64,000 nucleotides of DNA from NCBI GenBank assembly GCA_045606105.1, contig JAZURI010000002.1:266823-330822 (forward strand), read 5' to 3'. Below the pieces are notes generated by a model. That model saw nothing but the letters and a program-made list of their open reading frames with translations, searched no databases and had not been told where the DNA came from. Source of the stretch: Spirochaetia bacterium. GTDB taxonomy: Bacteria > Spirochaetota > Spirochaetia > CADAEX01. Made by a program: the position numbers and the translations under genes. This document shows, in pieces, positions 48,287 through 58,301 of the stretch; the first letter of the stretch is position 1; each line of letters starts with the position of its first letter.

Positions 48287-48931
48287 TCAGAAGGGGCCGT
48301 TTATCAGTCCGTACCCTTCTTGGGGAAGATAACGGTACAGATAGAAGGTGGAATATTCATCCCTTCTTCCTGTCTGCTTATTGTTTCCCAGCTCAGCTTC
48401 AGCTACGAACCGGCCGTCTGACATGTAACACCAGATAAAGTCTGCCTCGCCGTTTACCGAATAATCAATTCCGTTTCTGGAAAGGGTAGGCCATGAGTGC
48501 TCCCTGTCGATGATATTGTTTTTCAGTATAACCTCGGTTTCATCCCGGTCTCCCGCTCCATCCACAAGGATGATACGATATTTTCCGTCGGGAAAGGTGG
48601 CATCGGAAAGCATGTGGATACAGTTGTTTCCCACCCAGGTTTCATTCTCTCCGTATTTCTCGATTCTCAGTTCCGGACCTGTAAGCTTCCAGAAAAGCTC
48701 TTCCTTGTCGTTGATAATGTACATGGTTTCCAGATCCTCGCTGCCGTCTCCGTCCTCTGCCATGACAAACAGCGTAAGGGCCTGGTTTTCAGCCCCTGTA
48801 TCCTGATTGCGGAAAAGGTTCAGCTGCCAGAAAACCTGGGATATTTCCGGAGCATTTTCTGAACAGCCCGTAAAAAGGAGGACAAAAAGAATAACTGACA
48901 GAATCTTCTTATTTAAGATATATTTCCGCAT
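48287..48931 (-). CDS. hypothetical lipoprotein
   Basis: Signal [23 protein letters not shown] (lipobox); beta-rich mature region; overlaps the upstream stop. Confidence 0.7.
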   Translation of the reverse strand: MRKYILNKKILSVILFVLLFTGCSENAPEISQVFWQLNLFRNQDTGAENQALTLFVMAEDGDGSEDLETMYIINDKEELFWKLTGPELRIEKYGENETWVGNNCIHMLSDATFPDGKYRIILVDGAGDRDETEVILKNNIIDREHSWPTLSRNGIDYSVNGEADFIWCYMSDGRFVAEAELGNNKQTGRRDEYSTFYLYRYLPQEGYGLINGPF

Positions 48932-50075
48932 TTTCAACCGGCTTGGCATAGGCACTCAGGGCAATAGGAAAAGCCGCACGAGGTATATGCCTGAATCTGT
49001 GAAGGAATTTGTCCTTGTAATCCTTGCTGTAGTACCTGATATACTTGTCTGTATTGTTCATCAGGTCGTATGCCAGATAGTTGCATGGCCACAGCTTGTA
49101 ATGGGTCAGGATAAATTCATCGATAGCCTCGGCAACTTCCTTGGCATTTTTCCATTCTTCCCTGTAAAGCGGTTCACCGAAAGCAACATTCACCCTTCCC
49201 TTCTTGTTCTTGATTCCCAGGACGATACTTATCATGTCCTCGTTTCTCCGCTTCTTGTAAGGCTCGTTCTTCAGGGCCTTTTCCATTCTTCTGACAGTTT
49301 CCCTGGCCTTGAGCCTGTCGCATGGGTCAAACTCGTAGGATACAGCCACCGGGATGATATTCATGCTGTTGATATAATCGGTAAAGGTTTTTCCCGATTT
49401 TCTGTTGCTGAGGGCAATCATCTTTATGATGGCAGGATTGGTCTTGTCATCTCCGTCCTTGGCTCTTCCTTCACGCTGGGCAATCCAGACGGAATCCTTT
49501 TCCAGGATAGTCTTTCTGATATACTTCGAAAGCTGCATGGATGAGCTGAGCTGCTCCCGCGGATCCAGTCCACGCTGTACAATGAAAGCCTTGTTGATCC
49601 TGATGGCATCCGAAACCACGCTGTTCTTGAGGAGGTTATCACCGAACGCTACCTGAAAGCTTGGAAATCCTCTTCTCAGGAGCATATAGTCGATAATAAC
49701 GGGGTCCATGGCAATATCACGGTGATTGGATATATAAAGATAATGCTTGCCGGCTTCAAGCTTTTCGCTACCTGTGGAGGTAAAGCCGGTCATGGTGTTC
49801 TTGATTACAAAATTTATGAGCCTGCCGAGAATCTTGCTGTGAAGTTCATCCGGAGTCTTTACTTTTCCGAGAAAAAATTTAAGATAGGCGTGACAGAAAT
49901 AATCAAAGACCGGCTCAAGACAATGAGGCAGATTCGGAACGATCTGATGTCTGAAAGCACTGACAAGTTCGTTATTGTTCATCAGACGGTTAAGGGCATC
50001 GGTAAACTCCTTTCCCTCATAAGGTCTGATATCCTCAAATTCATCAACTACTGAAACCGGTACAAGTTCATTCAT
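48909..50075 (-). CDS. glycerolipid acyltransferase (PlsB/PlsC superfamily)
   Basis: [11 protein letters not shown] (NHX4D), [18 protein letters not shown] and SYEFDPCD. Confidence 0.9.
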   Translation of the reverse strand: MNELVPVSVVDEFEDIRPYEGKEFTDALNRLMNNNELVSAFRHQIVPNLPHCLEPVFDYFCHAYLKFFLGKVKTPDELHSKILGRLINFVIKNTMTGFTSTGSEKLEAGKHYLYISNHRDIAMDPVIIDYMLLRRGFPSFQVAFGDNLLKNSVVSDAIRINKAFIVQRGLDPREQLSSSMQLSKYIRKTILEKDSVWIAQREGRAKDGDDKTNPAIIKMIALSNRKSGKTFTDYINSMNIIPVAVSYEFDPCDRLKARETVRRMEKALKNEPYKKRRNEDMISIVLGIKNKKGRVNVAFGEPLYREEWKNAKEVAEAIDEFILTHYKLWPCNYLAYDLMNNTDKYIRYYSKDYKDKFLHRFRHIPRAAFPIALSAYAKPVENAEIYLK

Positions 50076-51133
50076 AATGTCTTACTCTCACTTTCAGCCG
50101 CAGGGAACAATGATTCCCTTACCTTTCTGTCAATTTCCGTAAAGATTTCCGGATTTGACTCAAGGAAATTCTTAACGTTTTCCCTTCCCTGACCTATTTT
50201 CTCACCGTTATATGAGAACCAGCTTCCGCTCTTCTGGATAATACCGAAGCTGATTGCGGCATCAAGCAGGGATGCACTGAGGGAAATACCCTTACCGAAC
50301 ATGATTTCCAGCTCGACCTTCCTGAACGGAGGAGCCATCTTGTTCTTTACAACCTTTACCCTGACCCTGTTTCCGATAATGTCCTCGGAGCCTCTTTCGA
50401 TGGTCTCGATCTTTCTTACCTCCATCCTGACAGAGGAGTAGAATTTCAGGGCATTTCCTCCTGTTGTTGTCTCAGGGTTACCGAACATGACACCGATCTT
50501 CATTCTCAGCTGGTTGATGAAGATAAGACATGTATTGGATTTTGAAAGGATACCGGTAAGCTTCCTGAGTGCCTGGCTCATGAGTCTGGCCTGCAGTCCC
50601 ATGTGGGAATCTCCCATATCGCCCTCAATTTCGGCCTGAGGAGTAAGGGCTGCAACAGAGTCGATAACAATGATATCAACCGCACCGGAGCGGACCAGGG
50701 ATTCTGCTATTTCAAGGGCCTGCTCGCCTGTATCCGGCTGGGATACCCAGAGTTCGTCCGTATTTACGCCGAGATTTGATGCATATCCCGGATCCAGGGC
50801 ATGCTCCGCATCGATGAATGCCGCAATACCGCCCTGCTTCTGTGCTTCTGCAATGGCATGAAGCGCCAGGGTTGTCTTACCGGAGGATTCAGGTCCATAG
50901 ATTTCAACAATTCTTCCTTTAGGATATCCTCCGATACCCAGAGCCGCATCAAGGGTAAGAGCCCCTGAAGGGATAGCCTGAACACTTATATCAGAGGTCT
51001 TGTCACCAAGCCTCATTATAGAGCCCTTTCCGAACTGCTTCTCCATCTGGAGTCTTACAGCTTCGAGAGCAAGCTTCTTTTCTTCGTTTCCGTTTTTCTT
51101 TTCCATTTCAGCAGTATCTCCTTTTTTTCCCAT
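50072..51133 (-). CDS. recA: recombinase A
   Basis: [39 protein letters not shown] and GGNALKFY. Confidence 0.99.
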   Translation of the reverse strand: MGKKGDTAEMEKKNGNEEKKLALEAVRLQMEKQFGKGSIMRLGDKTSDISVQAIPSGALTLDAALGIGGYPKGRIVEIYGPESSGKTTLALHAIAEAQKQGGIAAFIDAEHALDPGYASNLGVNTDELWVSQPDTGEQALEIAESLVRSGAVDIIVIDSVAALTPQAEIEGDMGDSHMGLQARLMSQALRKLTGILSKSNTCLIFINQLRMKIGVMFGNPETTTGGNALKFYSSVRMEVRKIETIERGSEDIIGNRVRVKVVKNKMAPPFRKVELEIMFGKGISLSASLLDAAISFGIIQKSGSWFSYNGEKIGQGRENVKNFLESNPEIFTEIDRKVRESLFPAAESESKTL

Positions 51134-51205
51134 AAAAAGTCTCCTAACTGTTAAACTGTATATATAAAACCAAATGCTTCAATATAATATATCTTTATTA
51201 AAATA

Positions 51206-51655
51206 TCAGAACTCTCTGAATGAATCAAGAAGAATGGTAACAGGGCCGTCATTTGTGTATGTAACCTGCATGTCGGCACCGAATATACCGGTTTCAGTGG
51301 TTATTCCCCTTTTCCTCATGTTCTCTACAAAAGCCTCGTAATAACGGATTCCCTTCTCATTTCCGGCAGCATGACCGTAGGAGGGGCGTCTTCCCCGTCT
51401 GGCATCTCCGTAAAGGGTAAACTGGGAAACAGCCAGAAGCTCCCCTTTCACATCCAGCAGGGAAAGATTCATCTTTCCTTCACTGTCGGAAAAAATACGG
51501 AGATTGGGAACCTTGTCACAGATATACTCCAGATCCTTATCGGTATCATCCTCATGGACTCCCAGATAGACCAGAATTCCCTTTTCTGTACTGCCGGTAA
51601 GCTTTCCGTCAACCTCCACCCTGGCAGACAATACACGCTGAACCACAGCTCTCAT
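51206..51655 (-). CDS. dtd: D-aminoacyl-tRNA deacylase
   Basis: MRAVVQRV, VSQFTL, GRRPS and NDGPVT. Confidence 0.98.
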   Translation of the reverse strand: MRAVVQRVLSARVEVDGKLTGSTEKGILVYLGVHEDDTDKDLEYICDKVPNLRIFSDSEGKMNLSLLDVKGELLAVSQFTLYGDARRGRRPSYGHAAGNEKGIRYYEAFVENMRKRGITTETGIFGADMQVTYTNDGPVTILLDSFREF

Positions 51656-51667
51656 AAAATGCTCCTG

Positions 51668-52159
51668 TCAGATCAAGATAATGAGTGTAATTACCGCTGA
51701 GGTCAGAATACCCGAAGCAAGCAGGGCTCTCCTTTTAACAAAGCGCCTTCTGTTACCGTGTCCCGGAATAAGGCCGGACAGCACCTCTCCCGTAAGACTT
51801 TCGTCAATTTTCCCCTTTTCAAGCCCTTTCAGGAAATCGAGTCCCCGGCCGGCAAGAATATCGTTGGGATTCCGTTCCCTGATATCCAGCCAGATCTTTA
51901 CCGCCTCTGCGGTATTCCCCTTTTTAAGGCTGATTACAGCATTGCCGTACATGAGCCTCAGGCTTTCCGGCTCCAGCTGTGCAGCTCTCTGCAGATATGA
52001 ATTTGCTTTGGGAAAATCTCCCATATGAAGATAGGAATAGCCCAGAAAATAATAAAAATCCCCGTTGCTCCGATTTTCAAAAATCAGAGGTTCGAGGATT
52101 TTGATTACCTTTTCAAAACGGCCGTTATTGAAATTTTTCTCTGCAGATACAATACTCAT
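51668..52159 (-). CDS. TPR protein with C-terminal TM anchor
   Basis: YYFLGYSYLHMGDF..A..YL.RA..LEP; ends RR-ALLASGILTSAVITLIILI. Confidence 0.72.
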   Translation of the reverse strand: MSIVSAEKNFNNGRFEKVIKILEPLIFENRSNGDFYYFLGYSYLHMGDFPKANSYLQRAAQLEPESLRLMYGNAVISLKKGNTAEAVKIWLDIRERNPNDILAGRGLDFLKGLEKGKIDESLTGEVLSGLIPGHGNRRRFVKRRALLASGILTSAVITLIILI

Positions 52160-52185
52160 TTACCTACAGAATACACTATCCGGAA

Positions 52186-53244
52186 TCAGATATCAAGCTT
52201 TAAATCACCAGGCTTTATCCAGCCCTTCTTTCTCATGAATTCAGAGATAACAAGTGTGATGACTGCCGGAGCAATGAAATGCATGATAAGAATCTGAATC
52301 AGTGTTACAGAAGCAGATACACCGTCTGCAACCATTGTCTGGTATGAAACAATCTGTCCCACAAGACCGGAGGTTCCCATACCACTTCCTACAGGACCGC
52401 AGCTCATTCCAAGAATCTTGGAGGAAACCGGACCGAGAATTGCACTGGTAATGATAGGAGGAAGCCATACTATAGGCTTTCTTACGATATTAGGCATCTG
52501 GAGCATGGAGGTTCCGATACCCTGGGCAAAAAGTCCGCCCATCTTGTTTTCCCTATAGCTCATTACGGCAAAACCAACCATCTGGGCACTGCATCCCACA
52601 ACTGCCGCACCGCCCGCAATTCCTGTAAGACCGAGAATGATTCCCAGAGCAGCTGAGCTGATAGGAAGTGTAAGACACATTCCCATGATAACGGAAACAA
52701 GGATTCCCATAAGTACAGGCTGAAGTTCGGTTCCCCAGTTGATGAGAGCTCCGAGAGCTGTAAGCCCCTTTGAAATAGGAGGACCTACGAAAAGACCTAC
52801 TATAGCACCGGCAAAAATTGTAAAGATCGGTGTAAGGAGGATATCCAGCTTTGTCTTTCCTGAAATGAGACGTCCGATTTCAATACCCACATAAGCAGCA
52901 ATGAAAGCACCGAGCGGTTCACCCGGTCCCTTGAGAACAAGAGCACCGCCGGCAAAAGCGGCACCGGAAAGAATTGATCCGGCAAAGGCACCGACCATAC
53001 CGGCCGCACCTGCAGAAACAGTCACGAGAGGGGCTGCCTTGAATTTATATGCAACACCGACACCTATTCCGGCACCGGTAAGTCCCTTTGCAACATTTGC
53101 AACCGAGGTAAGGATATTACCGAAATCCCCCCCGATAAGAGTACCTATCTGGGCAACAATAGTACCGACTATGAGTGTAGCAAACAAACCCAGCGCCATT
53201 CCCGAAAGTCCGTCAATAAATATGTGATGCAATATCTTTTTCAT
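52186..53244 (-). CDS. PTS EIIC_2-family (PfoR-like) membrane protein
   Basis: IDGLSGMALGLFATLIVGTI, GEP.GA, LDI.LTP, TLPISSAA and GTSMLQMPNI. Confidence 0.85.
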   Translation of the reverse strand: MKKILHHIFIDGLSGMALGLFATLIVGTIVAQIGTLIGGDFGNILTSVANVAKGLTGAGIGVGVAYKFKAAPLVTVSAGAAGMVGAFAGSILSGAAFAGGALVLKGPGEPLGAFIAAYVGIEIGRLISGKTKLDILLTPIFTIFAGAIVGLFVGPPISKGLTALGALINWGTELQPVLMGILVSVIMGMCLTLPISSAALGIILGLTGIAGGAAVVGCSAQMVGFAVMSYRENKMGGLFAQGIGTSMLQMPNIVRKPIVWLPPIITSAILGPVSSKILGMSCGPVGSGMGTSGLVGQIVSYQTMVADGVSASVTLIQILIMHFIAPAVITLVISEFMRKKGWIKPGDLKLDI

Positions 53245-53330
53245 TATTTACCTCTTGAGAAACACCATAGACCTTTTTACATTTTTTATCAAGCATTGCA
53301 AAAACAACCCGCCTGTGATAATTTTAACTC

Positions 53331-53666
53331 ATGATAAGGATAATCGGAAGAAACAAATGCAATGCCACAAAAAAGGCTGAACGTTTTTTTAAGGAAAGAA
53401 ATATAAAGTACCAATACTACGACCTTGATAAAAGGGCCCTTACCGCAGGGGAACTGGAAAACATATTCAGGATACTCTCTCCCGAACAGCTGCTGGATAC
53501 CTCCTCAAAGGAGTACAGGAAAAGAGGTATGGCCTTTATGGAATTCGATACCGCCCAGGAGCTTTATGAGGATCAGCTTCTTCTGGTGACACCGATAATC
53601 ATTGAAGGAAAAAAAGGGTGTACCGGCTTTGACGAAGCCTTCTGCAAGGAGATTATTCCTTCTTAG
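53331..53666 (+). CDS. ArsC/Spx/MgsR-family thioredoxin-fold protein (single N-terminal Cys)
   Basis: I.I.G..KC..TKKAERFFKER.I, LL.TPI and GFD. Confidence 0.85.
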   Translation: MIRIIGRNKCNATKKAERFFKERNIKYQYYDLDKRALTAGELENIFRILSPEQLLDTSSKEYRKRGMAFMEFDTAQELYEDQLLLVTPIIIEGKKGCTGFDEAFCKEIIPS

Positions 53667-55041
53667 AAGAGCTTTCCCTGATTTCCACCTCGAAAGGAAT
53701 CATGTTGAGCCTGAACTTTCTCCTGATCTTGTTCTTGATATAGTTCACATAGGAATCGGGAAACCTTTCTGTCCTGTTCACGAAAAGGATAAATCTTGTC
53801 GGAAAAACCTCAGGCTGGGTAGCATACCTGATCTTGTATTTTATTCCCTTTGCTGCCGGTATAGGATAATCATCCACCCATTCCCTGACAGCCTTGTTGA
53901 GATCTGAAGTGCTGACACGGGTAAACAGCTGACGTTTCACCTTGAATACCTCATCCAGGAGAGCCTCTATTCCAATACCCTCCTGAGCAGAAATTGTAAC
54001 AATCGGAGCAAAATCCAGAATAGGGAAAAGGAACTTGACCCTGTCCTTGATTGCCTGCTCTGCATTCGGTATATGGCTCATCTTGTCCCATTTGTTGAGA
54101 ACAAGAACCACTCCGCGCCCCTTCTTGACGATCTGGTATGCAATCTTCTTGTCCTGGTCGGTAAGCCCCTCCTCGCAGTCCACCATAAGGAGAACAACCT
54201 CTGCGGAATCTATGCTTCCGATGGCACGGTTTACGGAATAATATTCGATATTGTCGGTTACCTTTTTCTTTCTGCGGATTCCTGCTGTATCATAGATAGT
54301 GTATTTTATGTCCCTGTAGGAAAATTCTCCCTCGATAACATCACGTGTGGTTCCCGGAATATCGGACACGATGGAGAGCTTGGATCCTGTAAGATAGTTG
54401 AGCAGGGTTGATTTTCCGGTATTAGGCTTGCCGATGATGGAAAGCTTTATCTCCTTTATCCTTGCATTTTCCTCCTGCTGATAAGGCTCTTCATCCTCCT
54501 CGTCGTCGGATGGGGGAAGCTTTTCATCAAGAAAACTGCGCATCTCCTCTACAAGAGTATCTATATTTCTTCCGTGGGCCGATGAAATTCCGATAACCTT
54601 TTTAAAGCCCAGGGAATGATAGTTCCATACATCATCATCCTTCTCAGGTGAGTCCAGCTTGTTGATGACAAGGAAAAGTTTGTCTGTATACTTACGGAGC
54701 TGCTTGATGATATGCTCATCGGCGCTGTTCATCTCCTTTCCTTCAAGAAGAAGAAGGATAAGATCGGCCTTTTCCAGTGTCGCAAGACTCTTGTCTGTAA
54801 TAAGCTGGGCAAAGCCCTCCTTGGAGTAATCTATTCCTCCGGTATCTGTAAGAAGAATCTTTCTTCCTCCGAGATCGCATTCCGCACTGATCGGATCCCT
54901 GGTTACACCCGGAACAGGGTCGGTAATAGCCCTTCTCTTTCTGAGAAATCTGTTGAAAAGGGTGGATTTGCCCACATTAGGTCTTCCTGCAATAACGACG
55001 CAGGGATATTTCTTACTGGAGGTAGATTCCGAATTTGTCAT
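53653..55041 (-). CDS. der: ribosome biogenesis GTPase Der (EngA)
   Basis: Two G domains: GRPNVGKSTLFN/DTGG/NKLD and GKPNTGKSTL/DTAG/NKWD. Confidence 0.98.
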   Translation of the reverse strand: MTNSESTSSKKYPCVVIAGRPNVGKSTLFNRFLRKRRAITDPVPGVTRDPISAECDLGGRKILLTDTGGIDYSKEGFAQLITDKSLATLEKADLILLLLEGKEMNSADEHIIKQLRKYTDKLFLVINKLDSPEKDDDVWNYHSLGFKKVIGISSAHGRNIDTLVEEMRSFLDEKLPPSDDEEDEEPYQQEENARIKEIKLSIIGKPNTGKSTLLNYLTGSKLSIVSDIPGTTRDVIEGEFSYRDIKYTIYDTAGIRRKKKVTDNIEYYSVNRAIGSIDSAEVVLLMVDCEEGLTDQDKKIAYQIVKKGRGVVLVLNKWDKMSHIPNAEQAIKDRVKFLFPILDFAPIVTISAQEGIGIEALLDEVFKVKRQLFTRVSTSDLNKAVREWVDDYPIPAAKGIKYKIRYATQPEVFPTRFILFVNRTERFPDSYVNYIKNKIRRKFRLNMIPFEVEIRESSSKKE

Positions 55042-56764
55042 TATATTTTGTCCTGAGATAATTATGTATTTCACTTCCGCTTCTCATTTTCAAGACAGCG
55101 GCTGCTGTTTCCTGTGCATCGTCAAAGGTGACGTTTCTGATAATTTTCTTTATTACGGAAATGCTCTGGGAGCTCATGCTGAGTTCGTCGATCCCGAGAC
55201 CGAGAAGAAGAATTGCTGCCAGAGGATCTGCCGCTATTTCACCGCATACGGAAACCGGGATATTTTTTGCGGCTGCCGCATCTGAAGTCATTTTTACAAG
55301 CTTCAGAATTGCCGGATGGAACGGCTGATAAAGATAGGCCACCCTTTCGTTTCCGCGGTCCATAGCCATGGTATACTGGATAAGGTCGTTGCTTCCGATG
55401 GAAAAGAAATCCACCTTTTCAGCAAAACTTTCAGCCTCCAGTGCTGTGGAAGGAACCTCCACCATCATACCCACTGCCACATCGTCCCTGAATCCGAGAC
55501 CTGCGGCCTTCAGCTCCTCCTTGCTTTCACTGACCAGAGCCAGAGCATCATCCAGCTCCTCCATGGAGGCAATCATAGGGAACATTATCCTGAGGGTGCC
55601 GTATACGGAAGCCCTGAAAAGAGCACGGAGCTGCCGTTTGAAAATGGCTCTTTCGGAAAGGCTGTATCTGATTCCTCTCCAGCCGAGAAGCGGATTGCGC
55701 TCACCGTTCTCGTCCATTTCGGCAAGAAGCTTGTCTCCGCCCACATCCAATGTCCTGATTGTAACGGGAAGCTCTCCCATTTTTTCCAGAATCTGCTTAT
55801 AAGCCCTGTACTGCTTTTCCTCATCCTTCATGTATTCAGGCTGCATCAGAAGGAATTCTGTCCTGAAAAGTCCGATTCCGTCTGCACCCTGGGCAATGAC
55901 AGTCTCATGCTCCTCTGAAAACTCGATATTTGCCTTTATGAGAATACGTTTTCCGTCGTCGGTTTCTGCCTTTTTCTTTATATATCTCTGGAGTGCAAGG
56001 GAAATTTCCTTGTTTTTCTCCATGCTTTCATAATATTCCTCAAGGGTCTCCCTGTCAGGATTTATGACAACGGTACCGGTATATCCGTCTATGATAAATG
56101 TATCTTCAGCCTTTACACGCTGCAGTATTCCCGAAACGCCCAGAACGGCCGGAATTCCGAAAGCCCTGGCAATAATGGCGGTATGAGAGGTTCTTCCTCC
56201 TGCCTCCATAGCCAGTCCCCGTACCTTGCTCTTGTCCATTACAATGGCGTCGGATGGGAGAATATCCCTGGAAACAACTATGCACTCCTCCGAAAGCTCC
56301 GAAAGATTCCTGAGGCAGCGGGCAGTAAGCTTTCCCAGAACCCGTCTGGCCACATCACGGAAATCGCTGATTCTTTCCTTTGCATAGGTATTGTTGGAAA
56401 GGCTCAGGTCGGCAATGAACTCCTTTATGGATTCAAAAACTGCAGCCTCGGCATTTATATGGTTTACGATAAGATAATTGTCGATCTTTTCCTGGAAATC
56501 GGGATCTCCCAGCATCATGATATGGGTATCGATAAGGAGACATTCTCCGTTGGTCATGATTCCGCTGTTGACGATCTTGAGGTTTTCAAGCTCATTCTTT
56601 GCAGCCTCAAAAGCCCTGCGGAGCCTTTCAATTTCAGCTTCGATCTTGTCAGGCTCTATGTCGTAACGAGGAATATCTATCTTTTCTTCAAGAAAAAGAA
56701 AAACCTTTCCAATATATATACCCGGCGATGCCGCAATTCCCTTTAACTTTTCCATTGAATTCAT
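55013..56764 (-). CDS. ptsI: PTS enzyme I
   Basis: GIAASPG, GGRTSHTAI (phospho-His), GIGLFRTEF, RTLDVGGDK, NPLLGWRGIR, GSNDLIQY and CGE. Confidence 0.97.
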   Translation of the reverse strand: MNSMEKLKGIAASPGIYIGKVFLFLEEKIDIPRYDIEPDKIEAEIERLRRAFEAAKNELENLKIVNSGIMTNGECLLIDTHIMMLGDPDFQEKIDNYLIVNHINAEAAVFESIKEFIADLSLSNNTYAKERISDFRDVARRVLGKLTARCLRNLSELSEECIVVSRDILPSDAIVMDKSKVRGLAMEAGGRTSHTAIIARAFGIPAVLGVSGILQRVKAEDTFIIDGYTGTVVINPDRETLEEYYESMEKNKEISLALQRYIKKKAETDDGKRILIKANIEFSEEHETVIAQGADGIGLFRTEFLLMQPEYMKDEEKQYRAYKQILEKMGELPVTIRTLDVGGDKLLAEMDENGERNPLLGWRGIRYSLSERAIFKRQLRALFRASVYGTLRIMFPMIASMEELDDALALVSESKEELKAAGLGFRDDVAVGMMVEVPSTALEAESFAEKVDFFSIGSNDLIQYTMAMDRGNERVAYLYQPFHPAILKLVKMTSDAAAAKNIPVSVCGEIAADPLAAILLLGLGIDELSMSSQSISVIKKIIRNVTFDDAQETAAAVLKMRSGSEIHNYLRTKYNDKFGIYLQ

Positions 56765-57492
56765 ATTACCCTGAAATTACCGATAGTTTCAAGTATGACA
56801 TCTGAAAGCCTGACAAACTCTATACTGCTCCTGTTTCTCGGATATTCCAGATCCACATCCACCTTCCTTATTATCTTTCCCTCATTCATAATAATAACCT
56901 GCCGACCCAGATAGACAGCTTCCGAAACATCGTGGGTTACAAAAACAATGGTAAGATTCTTTTTCAGATAAAGGGCAATCAGCTCATCCTGAAGCTTTTT
57001 TCTGAGAAATGCATCCAGTGCACTGAAGGGTTCATCCATCAGAAGGACATCGGGCTGACGACAGAGCGCCCGTCCCAGAGCCACACGCTGAGCCATTCCT
57101 CCCGAAAGCTGATTCGGATAGGCATCAATGAATTCAAGGATCTCCAGGGTGGAAAGAGTCTCACCCAGAAGCTGGTTCTTCTCACTGTTGGTCCTGATAT
57201 GCTTCATCGCCAGCTTGAGATTTTCCCTTACGGTCCTGCTGTTGAGCAGTCTCGGCTCCTGGAATACAAAGCCGCATCTTCCGGCACCCCTGTCGAAGGA
57301 AATTTCACCGCTGTCCGGCTTCAGAAGATCGCCGATAATGTGAAGCAGGGTACTTTTGCCGCATCCTGAAGGGCCAACCACGGAAATAAAGCTGCCGGCC
57401 TCTATTGAAAGGGAAACATCGTTGACAGCTGTAATTGTCCTGTCATTGAAACTGAAGGTCTTGGTAACCCCTCTGACAGAAATATCACTCAT
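56761..57492 (-). CDS. ABC transporter ATP-binding protein (SsuB/TauB/NrtD type)
   Basis: GPSGCGKST, VFQE.RL, LSGGMAQR, LLMDEPFSALD and VTHD. Confidence 0.92.
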   Translation of the reverse strand: MSDISVRGVTKTFSFNDRTITAVNDVSLSIEAGSFISVVGPSGCGKSTLLHIIGDLLKPDSGEISFDRGAGRCGFVFQEPRLLNSRTVRENLKLAMKHIRTNSEKNQLLGETLSTLEILEFIDAYPNQLSGGMAQRVALGRALCRQPDVLLMDEPFSALDAFLRKKLQDELIALYLKKNLTIVFVTHDVSEAVYLGRQVIIMNEGKIIRKVDVDLEYPRNRSSIEFVRLSDVILETIGNFRVI

Positions 57493-58255
57493 GGGTAACC
57501 CCCTCAACCCAAGGACAGAGCCTTGAAAGAATCATAAGAAAAAATTTATCCATAAGAAGTCCCATGATACCGATGGTCAGGATACCCACATAAACCACAT
57601 CGGTTTTGGCCATTTCCTCAGCATCCAGAATCATATAGCCTATACCGCTGGAGGCAGCAATCATTTCGGCAGCCACGAGAGCACGCCAGCTGTTGCTCAG
57701 AGCAAGCCTGAGGCCTGTGATAACGGAAGGGGCAGCTTCGGGAATCATGATATATTTTATCTTCTCCATCCGGTTCAGATCCAGGGAATCGCCCATTACC
57801 AGCAGCTTCTTGTCCACATTGTCCAGCCCTGAAAGGGTATTGAGAAAAATAGGAAAAAAGCAGGAAAGTACAATAAGGGCAAGCTTGGAGGCCTCATCAA
57901 TTCCGAACCACAATATGAGAAGAGGAATCATGGCAAGAGGCGGTACACTTCTGAGAAAGTGTATCAGACCGTCAAAATAGGAAAAAAAGCCCTTGAAGCT
58001 GTGAAACAGAACCGCAAGGGGAACGGCAAACAGGATTGTAAGGGAAAAACCTCTGAAGGCCCTCATGAAGGATGTGTACACATGGACCTGAAGAATGTCC
58101 TTTTCAATCAGCCTGCCGAATGCAGCAAAAATCTTTTCCGGTGAGGGAAACAGGAATGCATTCACCTCAAAGCAGCGGACTGTAATCCACCACAGAAAAA
58201 CCACCAGAAAAGGAACCAAAATCTTTTTCAGAATCGTTTTCAAAAAAAACTCCAT
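57485..58255 (-). CDS. ABC transporter permease (SsuC/TauC type)
   Basis: FPSP..I, VPPLA.IPL.ILWFGI.E and W..LVAAEMI....GIG. Confidence 0.92.
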   Translation of the reverse strand: MEFFLKTILKKILVPFLVVFLWWITVRCFEVNAFLFPSPEKIFAAFGRLIEKDILQVHVYTSFMRAFRGFSLTILFAVPLAVLFHSFKGFFSYFDGLIHFLRSVPPLAMIPLLILWFGIDEASKLALIVLSCFFPIFLNTLSGLDNVDKKLLVMGDSLDLNRMEKIKYIMIPEAAPSVITGLRLALSNSWRALVAAEMIAASSGIGYMILDAEEMAKTDVVYVGILTIGIMGLLMDKFFLMILSRLCPWVEGVTHE

Positions 58256-58301
58256 TAAACAGGGTAAGTTTAATATACATGGAAAATATAATCAATGAAA
58301 A

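Noticed and set aside
51150-51175. SOS-box-like CTGTATATAT upstream of recA
   Set aside because: Only one half-site of CTG-N10-CAG is present, it overlaps an AT-rich promoter, and the gammaproteobacterial box is not expected in spirochaetes
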